Shown here piece by piece: positions 37,378-46,854 of a DNA stretch of 64,000 nucleotides; the stretch's first letter is position 1, and every line of letters starts with the position of its first letter. The stretch spans positions 902 to 64,901 of the forward strand of contig VGPD01000007.1 in assembly GCA_016875635.1 (NCBI GenBank), given 5' to 3'. Both the position numbers and the translations under genes were made by a program. Under the pieces are notes generated by a model. It worked only from the letters and a program-made list of their open reading frames with translations, did no database searches and had not been told where the DNA came from. Source of the stretch: Chloroflexota bacterium. Its GTDB lineage: Bacteria; Chloroflexota; Dehalococcoidia; UBA2979.

Positions 37378-37731
37378 CTAGCCTCGACGGGCTTCCTTCA
37401 CGCGAGCGGCGCGGCCGGTCAGGCCGCGCAGGTAGTAGAGCCGGCTGCGGCGGACGTGACCCCGACGGGTCACGGCCAGCGAGTCCAGGCGCGGGCTGTT
37501 CATCGGCCAGGTACGTTCGACACCCACGCCCGAAGCGATGCGCCGGACGGTGAAGTTGCCCGCCGGGCCCTCCTTCATCCGGATCACCACACCCTCGAAG
37601 GGCTGGAGACGCTCGCGATCACCCTCGACGACGCGGGCCTGCACCCGGACGGTGTCCCCGACGGCGAACTCGGGCAACGCCGCCAGGGCGGGGTTGCGTG
37701 GCTGGGTCAGCGTGGCGAGGTCGATCGACAT
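37378..37731 (-). CDS. rplS: 50S ribosomal protein L19
   Basis: [29 protein letters not shown]...[14 protein letters not shown]. Confidence 0.97.
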   Translation of the reverse strand: MSIDLATLTQPRNPALAALPEFAVGDTVRVQARVVEGDRERLQPFEGVVIRMKEGPAGNFTVRRIASGVGVERTWPMNSPRLDSLAVTRRGHVRRSRLYYLRGLTGRAARVKEARRG

Positions 37732-37782
37732 GGCAGTTGTCCTGTGTCCTGAGATTCGGGGCGGCAGCCGAGCCGCGGAGGG

Positions 37783-38580
37783 TCAGTCTACCCGGCTCGT
37801 CTCCGTACCGTCGAGGGCAGACGGCTGGGCCGCCTCCAGAGGCTGGCTGTCCAACCACACCCGTTCCTGGGGGGTCAGACGCGCGAGGGCAAGTAGGTCG
37901 GGGCGGCGCAGGCGGGTACGCAGGATCCGGAGACGGCGGCGCCATTTCGCTATCTCGGCATGGTGGCCGGAAAGGAGGATTTCGGGCACCGACCATCCAC
38001 GGAACTCCGCCGGACGGGTGTACTGGGGATACTCCAGCAACCCTTCGTCAAACGACTCCTCCTCAAGCGAGCCCTCACTGCCGAGGACACCCGGGATCCG
38101 GCGCGACACGGCGTCGATCACGACCATCGCCGGAAGTTCCCCGCCAGAGACCACGAAGTCGCCAATCGAGACCTCCATATCCACGGCGTGCTCCAGCACT
38201 CGCTCGTCCACCCCCTCGTACCGGCCGCAGATCAGGATCAGCCGAGGATGGCTGGCTAGTTCCTCGACCAGCGCCCGGTCAAGCCGGCGGCCCTGAGGGG
38301 ACATGAAAATCACCGTTGCGCGGGGCTCCGCCAGCGGCTGCACCGCCTCGATTGCCTCAAACAACGGCCCCGGCCGCATCACCATCCCCGGCCCGCCACC
38401 GAACGGTGCGTCGTCCACGGTCCGATGCCGGTCGTGCGTCCAGTCCCGCAGGTCATGCACGTGGACCGAGACCAGCCCCGAGGCCTGCGCCCGCCCCATG
38501 ATTGACTGATCGAGCGGCCCCGCGAACATTCCGGGGAAGATCGTCAGCACATCGAAGCGGATCTCGCTGACCGCGGTCAC
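37783..38580 (-). CDS. trmD: tRNA (guanine37-N1)-methyltransferase
   Basis: [24 protein letters not shown] and [18 protein letters not shown] start at 38580 overlaps the mogA stop (GTGA). The upstream 114 codons of ORF 37783..38925 overlap mogA and were rejected. Confidence 0.9.
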   Translation of the reverse strand: MTAVSEIRFDVLTIFPGMFAGPLDQSIMGRAQASGLVSVHVHDLRDWTHDRHRTVDDAPFGGGPGMVMRPGPLFEAIEAVQPLAEPRATVIFMSPQGRRLDRALVEELASHPRLILICGRYEGVDERVLEHAVDMEVSIGDFVVSGGELPAMVVIDAVSRRIPGVLGSEGSLEEESFDEGLLEYPQYTRPAEFRGWSVPEILLSGHHAEIAKWRRRLRILRTRLRRPDLLALARLTPQERVWLDSQPLEAAQPSALDGTETSRVD

Positions 38581-39101
38581 GACGGCCCCTGGAGCCGCCC
38601 GTGCGTACCAGCGCTCTCCTCCGCGTCGCCTCGCAGCGAGGAGCAGGCATGGTCCAGGATCGGGAGCAGCACCGTCAGATTCTCCCGCGCGCCTCGTTCT
38701 GACCCCGGTAGATTCACGATTAGCGTCTGACCTCGCACGCCGCAGACCGCGCGAGACAGCATCGCCGTCGGGACCACCGCCAGACTCGCCGCGCGCATCG
38801 CCTCCTCCATGCCGGGGACGCGATAGTCGATCACGGTGAGCGTCGCTTCCGGCGTGCGGTCGCGCGGCGAGAGCCCCGTCCCGCCGGTCGTCACGGCGAC
38901 GGCGACACCTGCTTCGTCCGCCCACCGGCTGAGCAGCGTCGCAATCTGCTCGGGCTCATCCGGCAAGAGTGCGTGCTCCACTACCTCGAATCCGGCTCCC
39001 GCCAGAAGCGCGGACACAGCCGGCCCGGCCGTGTCCACGCGCTGCCCGCGCGAGCCAAGGTCGCTCACGGTCAGTACGGCGGCGCGGTGGCGGATCGGCA
39101 T
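38577..39101 (-). CDS. mogA: MogA/MoaB-family molybdenum cofactor biosynthesis protein
   Basis: [19 protein letters not shown] and NLPGS motifs. Confidence 0.85.
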   Translation of the reverse strand: MPIRHRAAVLTVSDLGSRGQRVDTAGPAVSALLAGAGFEVVEHALLPDEPEQIATLLSRWADEAGVAVAVTTGGTGLSPRDRTPEATLTVIDYRVPGMEEAMRAASLAVVPTAMLSRAVCGVRGQTLIVNLPGSERGARENLTVLLPILDHACSSLRGDAEESAGTHGRLQGPS

Positions 39102-39173
39102 CGAGGGCTCCGGGGTGCAACGGGATCGTACAGCCGTCGTTACGGGCGTGCCGAGGGGGAAATCGGACGAAAA

Positions 39174-39242
39174 GTGGGGAGAAGTGTTGCAAGATGTGGT
39201 GCAGAATGGTACCTTCGGTCACGGTGTGGGGAGGAGTGGGGA
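39174..39242 (+). promoter_or_regulatory. candidate MraZ operator: three GTGGGGA repeats upstream of mraZ
   Basis: GTGGGGA at 39174, 39226 and 39236. The last two are exactly 10 bp apart, and the last ends 47 nt before the mraZ GTG. Confidence 0.5.
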
Positions 39243-39288
39243 AACTCAATCCTCTCGTCCGTTCCGAAGGTGACGAGGAGTCACGGTT

Positions 39289-39711
39289 GTGTACTTCTTC
39301 GGCACTTTCGAGCACTCCATCGACGAACGCGGCCGCTTAGCAATCCCCGCCCGCTATCGGTCCGCGTTCGTCGACGGTGGTGTCCTCCGGCCAGGCCCAG
39401 AAGGTGGCCTGGAGCTCTACACCAACGCCGGCTTCGACACCCAGTTCTCGACTCGTCTCGCCGAAGCGACCGGAAACAACTCGCCGGACGCCCGTCGCCT
39501 TCGGCGCGGTTTTATGTCTGTTGCCTACCCGGTCGAACTCGGCAATCAAGGTCGCATCCTGATTGAGCGCCAGTTGCGAGATTCCGCGATGTTGACAGGA
39601 AAAATATTGATCATCGGATGTGGCGATTACCTGGAATTGTGGCATCCTGACCGATGGGCCCAGGAACTTGCCCGCATTGCCGCCCTCCAGGCGGAGGCGG
39701 ATCGGGAGTAA
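39289..39711 (+). CDS. mraZ: transcriptional regulator MraZ
   Basis: FFGTFEHSIDERGRLAIPARYR, duplicated SpoVT/AbrB-like halves. GTG start. Confidence 0.93.
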   Translation: MYFFGTFEHSIDERGRLAIPARYRSAFVDGGVLRPGPEGGLELYTNAGFDTQFSTRLAEATGNNSPDARRLRRGFMSVAYPVELGNQGRILIERQLRDSAMLTGKILIIGCGDYLELWHPDRWAQELARIAALQAEADRE

Positions 39712-39713
39712 AG

Positions 39714-40673
39714 ATGTCGTCCGAACGTGCCCCCCAGCACGATCCCCGACACGAACCGGTGATGTTTCACGAGGTCGTGGACGCGCTGGCCGTGCATGCG
39801 GGCGGACGGTACGTCGACGCGACCGTCGGCCTCGGCGGACACGCGCGCGTGATCATCGAGGCCGCCCAGCCGGGCGGACGCCTGCTCGGGATCGACCGCG
39901 ACCCTCAGGCGCTCGCCATTGCCGCCGAACATCTCGCCCCGTTCGGCGACGCCGTCGTGCTCGCCCGCGGGGAATTCACCGAGATCGCGCAGATCTGCGA
40001 GGAACGCGGCTTCACCCCGGTGGACGGCATCCTGATCGACGCCGGCGTCTCTTCATTCCAGCTGGACACTCCCGGTCGAGGCTTCTCGTTCCGGCGCGAC
40101 GAGCTTCTGGACATGCGCATGGATCCGGATGGCCCGGTGACCGCTGCCGACATTGTGAACACCTCCGATGAGGCTGATCTGGCAGCGATCATCTTTGAGT
40201 ACGGGGAAGAGCGAAGGAGCCGCCGGATTGCCCGCGAGATCGTGGCGCGGCGCCCCTTGCGCACGACGAGCGACCTCGCCCGCGCCGTCGAGGCCGCTGT
40301 GGGACGACGGGGGCAGGACCGGATCCACCCGGCCACGCTCACCTTCCAGGCCCTTCGGATCGCGGTAAACAACGAACTCGACCAGCTCGAGACCGCCCTG
40401 GAGGCCGCGCACCTGTTGCTGGCGCCGGGCGGGCGGCTCGTCGTGATCTCGTTTCACTCGCTGGAAGACCGCATGGTGAAGCAGTTCATCCGCGAACACA
40501 CCAGGGATTGCATCTGTCCGCCACGACAACCGGTCTGCACCTGCGACCACCGCGCCACCCTGCGCGACGTCGCGAAAGGCGGCCGCACCGCCTCGGACGA
40601 TGAGGTCGCGCGGAATCCGCGTGCCCGCTCCGCGCGCCTGCGCGCAGCGGAGCGTCTGGTGGAGGCCGCCTGA
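39714..40673 (+). CDS. rsmH: 16S rRNA (cytosine1402-N4)-methyltransferase
   Basis: HEPVMFHEVVDAL, DATVGLGGHA and FHSLEDR motifs. ATG 39714. Confidence 0.95.
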   Translation: MSSERAPQHDPRHEPVMFHEVVDALAVHAGGRYVDATVGLGGHARVIIEAAQPGGRLLGIDRDPQALAIAAEHLAPFGDAVVLARGEFTEIAQICEERGFTPVDGILIDAGVSSFQLDTPGRGFSFRRDELLDMRMDPDGPVTAADIVNTSDEADLAAIIFEYGEERRSRRIAREIVARRPLRTTSDLARAVEAAVGRRGQDRIHPATLTFQALRIAVNNELDQLETALEAAHLLLAPGGRLVVISFHSLEDRMVKQFIREHTRDCICPPRQPVCTCDHRATLRDVAKGGRTASDDEVARNPRARSARLRAAERLVEAA

Positions 40674-41194
40674 TGACCTCACTCCCCAACGTCCGCAAGC
40701 CGCGTGTCTCCAACCCGGTGTCGCCGATGCGCACCGGTGCCGCCACCGTGATCGCCCGGCCGGGCGGCGTCATCCGTCAGTTGCCGGAGGGCTGGGGTGT
40801 CGTCCGCCAGCGCATCTCCCGCACGATGCTGGCCGGACTCGCACTGTTGACGGTCGCGGGGGTCGGCATCTTCCAGGTCCTGCAGACCTCAAATGTGGCC
40901 AGTACCGGGTATGAGGTGCGACGGCTGGAAGGCGAACGGACAGACCTCGACGCGGAGATCCGCCTGCTCGAGGCGCAACTGGCCTCCAGCGCCAACCTCG
41001 AATACCTGCGCAAGACAGCGTCCGAACGCCTGGGTATGACACCCGCCGCCAACCGGCTGCGGATCAGCGTGGACACCCCGGCGCCCGACGTCGTGCCGCT
41101 GCCGCGTCGCTATGTCCCCGTCGTCGAAGAGCAACCCGCGCCGGAGCGGTCATGGTGGGACACCTTCGTCGATGCGATCCCCGGGCGACGTTAG
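40673..41194 (+). CDS. ftsL: FtsL-like cell division protein (single TM + coiled coil), long N-terminal tail
   Basis: Position between rsmH and ftsI. TM LAGLALLTVAGVGIF, then a coiled-coil segment LEGERTDLDAEIRLLEAQLA. Confidence 0.7.
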   Translation: MTSLPNVRKPRVSNPVSPMRTGAATVIARPGGVIRQLPEGWGVVRQRISRTMLAGLALLTVAGVGIFQVLQTSNVASTGYEVRRLEGERTDLDAEIRLLEAQLASSANLEYLRKTASERLGMTPAANRLRISVDTPAPDVVPLPRRYVPVVEEQPAPERSWWDTFVDAIPGRR

Positions 41195-41248
41195 GACGCA
41201 TTCGCTCACGCGCGGTCCCCGCGTGATAGCAGGAAGGATGAACCCGGC

Positions 41249-42994
41249 ATGAACACCGGTCGGGGACACAACCTCACCTGGCGTCACCGCGGCATCGCGC
41301 TGCTGGTCTTCCTCATGTTCGCAGCCGCGATCGTCCGACTCTACACGGTTCAGATCAGGGACCATGAGAAATTCGTGAGGGAGGCGGCGATCACCCGTCA
41401 GGGCGCAGTGAACATCCCCGCGCCGCGGGGGGCCGTGCTGGACGCCACCGGTTATCCCCTCGCGACCTCCATCGACACCTGGGACGTCTATATCGACCGC
41501 GTGCAGTGGGGGTATCAACCGGCGGCCGCCCGTGAAGCGGCCCAGGCACTCGGCGCGTTCTTTGGCCTGAACCCGGACGACCTCCTCCGGCTGGGCATGG
41601 AGGCACGAGGCGGCGATGTCCTCGTCCAGCGCCAGATGGACTACGCGCGCGGACTCTCACTCCGCACCGCTGACCTGTACGGCGTCCGCCTCGAACCCAG
41701 CCAGGTCCGCGTGTACCCGGAAGGAGACATCGCGGGGCAGCTCCTTGGCTTCGTGGGACGCGACGGCAAGGGCCTCTGGGGCGTGGAGGCGGACTTCGAC
41801 CACTATCTCCGAGGCAAGGACGGGATCCTTTCCACGGAGCGGGACGCGCTCGGCCGCCCGATCGCCTTCAGCGCGCGGCACGAGCGGGCGGCCGTGGGCG
41901 GCGGCGAGGTACAGCTCACGATCGACCGATTTGTGCAGGCGATTGCCGAACGCGCACTCGAAGACGCGATGAAGAAGTACCACGCGCGCAGCGGCCAGAT
42001 CATCTTGATGGATCCGCATACCGGCGCGGTCCTCGCCATGGCATCCCGACCCTCGATCCGGCTGGGCGCCGTCAATCTGGACGACCCCAAACTGCCGGAG
42101 CTCGTCCGCGGCCGCCCGATCACGGACCTGTACGAGCCGGGCTCCGTGATGAAGATCCTGACCACCGCCATGGCGATCGACCAGGATCTCGTCACGCCAG
42201 ACTCGACGTACAACGACACCGGGTCCGTGGAGGTCAGCAAGTACCGCATCCTGAACTGGGACTTCTCTGCGAACGGCACGACCACCGTGCGCAAGTACCT
42301 GCAGAAGTCATTGAACACGGGCTCCGTCTGGCTCGGGCAGAAGATCGGGCCGGACAGGTTCTACGACTACGTGAAGGCATTCGGCCTCGGTGAATCGACC
42401 CACGTCGGCCTCTCCGGCGAAGCCGAGGGTACCTACCGGACGCCCAACGACCCGAACTGGTACGCGGTCGACCTTGCGACGAACTCGTACGGACAGGGTC
42501 TCGCCACGACGCCGCTCGCGATGCTCACGGCGGTGAATTCCATGGCGAACAAGGGCATGTTGATGCGGCCATACGTGGTCTCCAAGATCGTGACCGAAAG
42601 CGACGTCCGTACGTTCGAGCCGGTGCGGGTGCGCCAGGTTGTTTCGCCGCAGGCCGCGGACACAATGATGGGCCTGCTGCATGACGTGGTGGACGGGGTG
42701 GAGTTTCACGGCGCACAGGTACCGGGTTACCAGGTCGCGGGGAAGACCGGCACGACCCTCCTCTCCATCCCAACCGGATACGACCTGGACTCCACCATCG
42801 CGTCCTTCGCCGGCTTCATCCCCGCGCAGGATCCGAAGGTCTCGGTGCTCATCAAGATCGACCAGCCGGCGGGCGGCCTGAACCTGGGCGGCCAGGTGGC
42901 CGCACCCGTCTTCGCGACCGTCGCCGAACAGGTGATGAAGTACTACGCGATCGCTCCCGCGGCCCCTCAGAAAAACTTGGTGCGGGCGCCATGA
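41249..42994 (+). CDS. ftsI: peptidoglycan D,D-transpeptidase FtsI (class B PBP)
   Basis: SxxK (GSVMK), SxN (SLN) and KTGT motifs. N-terminal TM. Confidence 0.92.
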   Translation: MNTGRGHNLTWRHRGIALLVFLMFAAAIVRLYTVQIRDHEKFVREAAITRQGAVNIPAPRGAVLDATGYPLATSIDTWDVYIDRVQWGYQPAAAREAAQALGAFFGLNPDDLLRLGMEARGGDVLVQRQMDYARGLSLRTADLYGVRLEPSQVRVYPEGDIAGQLLGFVGRDGKGLWGVEADFDHYLRGKDGILSTERDALGRPIAFSARHERAAVGGGEVQLTIDRFVQAIAERALEDAMKKYHARSGQIILMDPHTGAVLAMASRPSIRLGAVNLDDPKLPELVRGRPITDLYEPGSVMKILTTAMAIDQDLVTPDSTYNDTGSVEVSKYRILNWDFSANGTTTVRKYLQKSLNTGSVWLGQKIGPDRFYDYVKAFGLGESTHVGLSGEAEGTYRTPNDPNWYAVDLATNSYGQGLATTPLAMLTAVNSMANKGMLMRPYVVSKIVTESDVRTFEPVRVRQVVSPQAADTMMGLLHDVVDGVEFHGAQVPGYQVAGKTGTTLLSIPTGYDLDSTIASFAGFIPAQDPKVSVLIKIDQPAGGLNLGGQVAAPVFATVAEQVMKYYAIAPAAPQKNLVRAP

Positions 42995-44388
42995 ACACCC
43001 CGGCGCTGGACGCGGCCTTCGTCGCCCGGGCCCTCGGCACGCGCCTGCGCGCGCTCGAAGGCTCAGCCACGATCGAGTTCACACGAGCCGTGGTGGACTC
43101 ACGCGAGGTACGCCCGGGCGACCTGTTCGTCGCGCTGCCGGGGGAGCGCACGGACGGGCATGATTTCGCGGCTGCCGCTGTGCGCGCGGGCGCCGCGGGG
43201 TGCCTGCTCTCACACCCCGTCGAGGGTGTGGGCGGTGTCGCCTCGTTCGTGGTGGACGACACGCTCGCTGCGCTCCAAGAACTCGGTGCGGCATGGCGGG
43301 CGATGCTACCGGTGCGCGTCACCGGCATCACCGGGAGCGTCGGGAAGACCACCACGAAATGGATCACCGCCGCCGTCCTGGCCGCGCGGTACCGCGTCCA
43401 GGCGAACCCCCTCAACTACAACAACGAGGTGTCCGTCCCGCTCTGTCTGTTGGAACTCCGGCCCGAGACGGAGCGCACCGTGATCGAGATGGGGATGTAC
43501 ACAAGGGGGGAGATCGCCCTCCTCTGCCGGTGGGCGCGTCCGCACACCGGCGTCGTCCTGAACGTGGGCCCCGTCCACCTCGAACGCGCCGGAAGCATCG
43601 AGACGATCACTCAGGCCAAGCGCGAACTGCCGGAGGTGCTCCCCCCGGACGGTGTCGCCGTCCTGAACGCTGACGACGAGCGCGTACGGTCGATGGCGCC
43701 CCATACGCGAGCGAGGGTCCTCTGGTTTGGCACCGCTGGCGACGCCGAGGTCCGGGGTTACGACCTGATCTCGCAAGGGCTCGACGGATTCGACTGCACC
43801 ATGACGCATGCCGGCGCGTCCCGTCGGGTGCGTGTCCCGCTCGCGGGCGCGCATCTGCTCTCCAACGCGCTCGCCGCGGCCGCCGTCGGCCTTTCGGACG
43901 GCATGAGTCTGGACGATGTCTGTGAGGCGCTGACACGGATGGACGTGCCTTCCCGAATCCGCGTGGTCACCCTGCGCGACGGCATTCGCCTCTTCGACGA
44001 CACATACAACGCGCAGCCGGCCTCGATGCGCGCCGCGCTTGACCTCCTTGCGGAGACCCCGGGCCGGCATCTCGCGCTGCTCGGCGACATGCGCGAACTC
44101 GGCCCGGCGTCTCGCGCCGAGCACCGGTTGGCCGGGGAACACGCCGGGCGCGTGGCCACCCTCGTCCTGACGACGGGCGAAGAAGCGCGTGTTCTGGGCG
44201 AAGCCGCCGAAAGCGCCGGTGCGAGGACGCGCCACTGTGCGGACCGCGAGGACGCTACAGCTGCCCTGCTCGCGGAACTCCAGCCCGGCGATGTCGTCCT
44301 AGTGAAGGGTTCTCACGCGCTTGGCCTCGAACATGTCGTAGCCGCGCTGGAAGCCGCCCTCGGCCGTCCCGAAGGAGATGCCGCGTGA
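42991..44388 (+). CDS. murF: UDP-N-acetylmuramoyl-tripeptide--D-alanyl-D-alanine ligase
   Basis: GITGSVGKTTTK, and NYNNEVSVPLCLLEL, which is diagnostic for MurF rather than MurE. Confidence 0.9.
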   Translation: MNTPALDAAFVARALGTRLRALEGSATIEFTRAVVDSREVRPGDLFVALPGERTDGHDFAAAAVRAGAAGCLLSHPVEGVGGVASFVVDDTLAALQELGAAWRAMLPVRVTGITGSVGKTTTKWITAAVLAARYRVQANPLNYNNEVSVPLCLLELRPETERTVIEMGMYTRGEIALLCRWARPHTGVVLNVGPVHLERAGSIETITQAKRELPEVLPPDGVAVLNADDERVRSMAPHTRARVLWFGTAGDAEVRGYDLISQGLDGFDCTMTHAGASRRVRVPLAGAHLLSNALAAAAVGLSDGMSLDDVCEALTRMDVPSRIRVVTLRDGIRLFDDTYNAQPASMRAALDLLAETPGRHLALLGDMRELGPASRAEHRLAGEHAGRVATLVLTTGEEARVLGEAAESAGARTRHCADREDATAALLAELQPGDVVLVKGSHALGLEHVVAALEAALGRPEGDAA

Positions 44389-45371
44389 TCGAAGCCCTCC
44401 TCTCCGGTACGGGCGCGTTCCTGCTGGCGCTCCTCCTCGGGCGCCCGACGGTCGCCTGGCTGCGCGCGAAGAAGGTCGGGAAGTCAATCTCGGTCGACCA
44501 ACCGTCCACCCACATGGTGAAGGCCGGCACTCCCACGATGGGAGGGGGTTTCATCTGGGGCTCCGTCGCCATTGCCACCCTCACCACGAACTTGTTCGAG
44601 TGGCAGGACGGCTCCCTCGTCCTGGAGCGGCGTTCGATGTTGCTACCGCTCCTGGCGGTGATCGCGATGCTCGCCGTCGGCGTCGTCGACGACCTCGGCT
44701 CACTGGTCGGGGGCGCGCGACGCGGGCTGTCATGGCGGCTGAAGTTCGTGCTGATCGCGATCCTCGCGGTCGCGGTGTCAGCCACGATGTACTGGGGCCT
44801 GGACGCTCAGAGTGTGAACGTCCCCTGGGCGGGACAGTACGAACTTGGTTATGTCTACTTGGGAATTGCCTTCTTGGTCGTCTTCGGGACGACCACCTCG
44901 GTCGCGATCACGGATGGGCTGGACGGGCTGCTGGCCGGGCTCGCAGCATTCGCCTTCGGGGCGTACGCGGTCATTGCCTTCGCGCAGGGCCAGGAATTCC
45001 TTGCCGTCTTCTGTCTGAGCGTGGTTGGGTCGCTGCTTGGGTTCCTCTGGTACAACGCGCATCCCGCCCTGGTCTTCATGGGCGACACGGGGGCGCTCCC
45101 CCTCGGAGCGGCGTTGGGGGTCGTGGCCCTGATGACGGGGCACTGGCTGCTGTTGCCGGTCATCGGCCTGGTGTTCGTGGCCGAGGCTCTGTCGGACATC
45201 CTCCAGATTGGCTACTACAAGCTCACCGGCGGCCAGCGGCTGTTCCGAAAGACCCCCCTCCACCACCACCTGGAATTGATCGGCTGGTCCGAACCCCAGG
45301 TCGTGATGCGCCTCTACCTGTTCGGAATGGCAGCGGCGATGGTCGGTATCGCGCTGGCGTTGTCTATCTAA
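44385..45371 (+). CDS. mraY: phospho-N-acetylmuramoyl-pentapeptide transferase
   Basis: KAGTPTMGG, AITDGLDGL, and PLHHHLELIGWSE. Confidence 0.95.
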   Translation: MIEALLSGTGAFLLALLLGRPTVAWLRAKKVGKSISVDQPSTHMVKAGTPTMGGGFIWGSVAIATLTTNLFEWQDGSLVLERRSMLLPLLAVIAMLAVGVVDDLGSLVGGARRGLSWRLKFVLIAILAVAVSATMYWGLDAQSVNVPWAGQYELGYVYLGIAFLVVFGTTTSVAITDGLDGLLAGLAAFAFGAYAVIAFAQGQEFLAVFCLSVVGSLLGFLWYNAHPALVFMGDTGALPLGAALGVVALMTGHWLLLPVIGLVFVAEALSDILQIGYYKLTGGQRLFRKTPLHHHLELIGWSEPQVVMRLYLFGMAAAMVGIALALSI

Positions 45372-45450
45372 TGGGCGCGCCAGCCGTCTCTGGCTGGCCG
45401 GTCAGATACGGGCTGTGGTATACCGTGTGGATAACAACGGCTTACCCGCT

Positions 45451-46854
45451 ATGACAGATATGCCAAATAAGCAGAATCTGCGAGGTGCGCGTGTCACGGT
45501 CATCGGCCTCGGCATCGAGGGGATCGACCTTGTGCGATTCCTCGCGGCCGAGGGCGCGCGGGTGACCGTGTCCGACATGCGGACGGCGGACCAGTTGCAG
45601 GACGCGCTGAACGCCATCGCGGATTGCGACGCGACCCCCTCGCTGGGGGTCAACCGGCTGGAGGACGTGATCGAGGCTGACGCGGTCTTCGTCTCACAGG
45701 GTGTGCCGTCCACGCTCCCCGCGCTCATCGCAGCGCACGAGCGCGGTATCCCGCTGTCCTCGATGCTCCAGTTGTTCCTCGAACGGTGCCCCGCGCCGGT
45801 CACCGGAATCACTGGTTCATCCGGCAAGACGACGACGACTTCTCTCACGGGAGCGATGCTGAACGCCTCCGGCCAGGACTACGTCGTCGGCGGCAATATC
45901 GGCGTAGGCCTGCTCTCGCTGCTCCCGGAGATCACGCCGACCACACGGGTGGTCGCGGAGATGTCGCACTCCCAGCTGGAGCGTGCGCGGAGCAGCCCAC
46001 ACGTCGCCTGCGTCACCAACGTCACCCCGAACCACCTCGACCGGTATTCCTGGGAGGGATACATCGAGTTAAAGCGGAACATCGTCCGCCACCAGACCTC
46101 AGACGACATCGCGGTGCTCAACTACGACAACGAAATCTCGCGTTCGTTTGCCGCGAGCACTCCGGCGCGTGTCCTGCACACGTCCCGCTTCGAGGCGATC
46201 CCCGGCGACGGCGCGGTGCTGGACAACGGCGTCCTCGTGCGCGTCCTCGACGGCGCGCGCGAGACCGTCGTCCCGCGCTCTGAAGTCGCACTCCGCGGCG
46301 AGCACAACGTGGAGAACCTGTTGCTCGCGACGGCCGTCGCATCGCAGATCGGGTGCTCCGCCGCCAACTGCGCCGACACGGCGCGTACGTTCACCGGAGT
46401 CCTCCACCGCCTGGAGCCCGTGGCTACGGTGGGGGGCGTGCTCTGGGTGAATGACTCGATCGCCACCACTCCGGAGCGGACACTCGCCGGGCTCCGCGCA
46501 TACACGGAGCCGCTCGTACTCCTCGTCGGCGGACGCGACAAGTACCTGCCCAACCGGGAGATGGCAGCAGGGGCCGTACGCCGCTGCCGCGCAGTCATCG
46601 CGTTTGGCGAGTCCGGCGACCTGTACGCGGACGCCGTCCGCGAGGCCGCCCGCGAGGCCAGCGTCGACATCCCGATCAGGCGCGTCGAACAGGTCGAGGA
46701 CGCGGTGACCGCCGCGCATTCGCTCGCGCGCGCCGGGGACGTGGTCCTGTTTTCGCCTGCGGGCACCTCGTTCGACCGATATCGCAATTTCGAGGAGCGC
46801 GGCGAAGCGTTCCGTGTGGCGGTGCGTGCCCTCGCGCAGGCGGGGGGCCGCTGA
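45451..46854 (+). CDS. murD: UDP-N-acetylmuramoylalanine--D-glutamate ligase
   Basis: VIGLGIEGI and GITGSSGKTTT. Start moved to ATG 45451. Confidence 0.9.
   Translation: MTDMPNKQNLRGARVTVIGLGIEGIDLVRFLAAEGARVTVSDMRTADQLQDALNAIADCDATPSLGVNRLEDVIEADAVFVSQGVPSTLPALIAAHERGIPLSSMLQLFLERCPAPVTGITGSSGKTTTTSLTGAMLNASGQDYVVGGNIGVGLLSLLPEITPTTRVVAEMSHSQLERARSSPHVACVTNVTPNHLDRYSWEGYIELKRNIVRHQTSDDIAVLNYDNEISRSFAASTPARVLHTSRFEAIPGDGAVLDNGVLVRVLDGARETVVPRSEVALRGEHNVENLLLATAVASQIGCSAANCADTARTFTGVLHRLEPVATVGGVLWVNDSIATTPERTLAGLRAYTEPLVLLVGGRDKYLPNREMAAGAVRRCRAVIAFGESGDLYADAVREAAREASVDIPIRRVEQVEDAVTAAHSLARAGDVVLFSPAGTSFDRYRNFEERGEAFRVAVRALAQAGGR

Noticed and set aside
37783-38925. Long N-terminal extensions offered by the ORF track: TrmD (380 aa), SdhA (640 aa), HemW (504 aa), TlyA (291 aa), NrdR (243 aa), YggS (327 aa), ProC (286 aa), RsmH (339 aa) and DUF1801 (272 aa).
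   Set aside because: In each case the extension overlaps the neighbouring gene or the intergenic region, has low-complexity composition, and precedes a start codon that aligns with the conserved family N-terminus.
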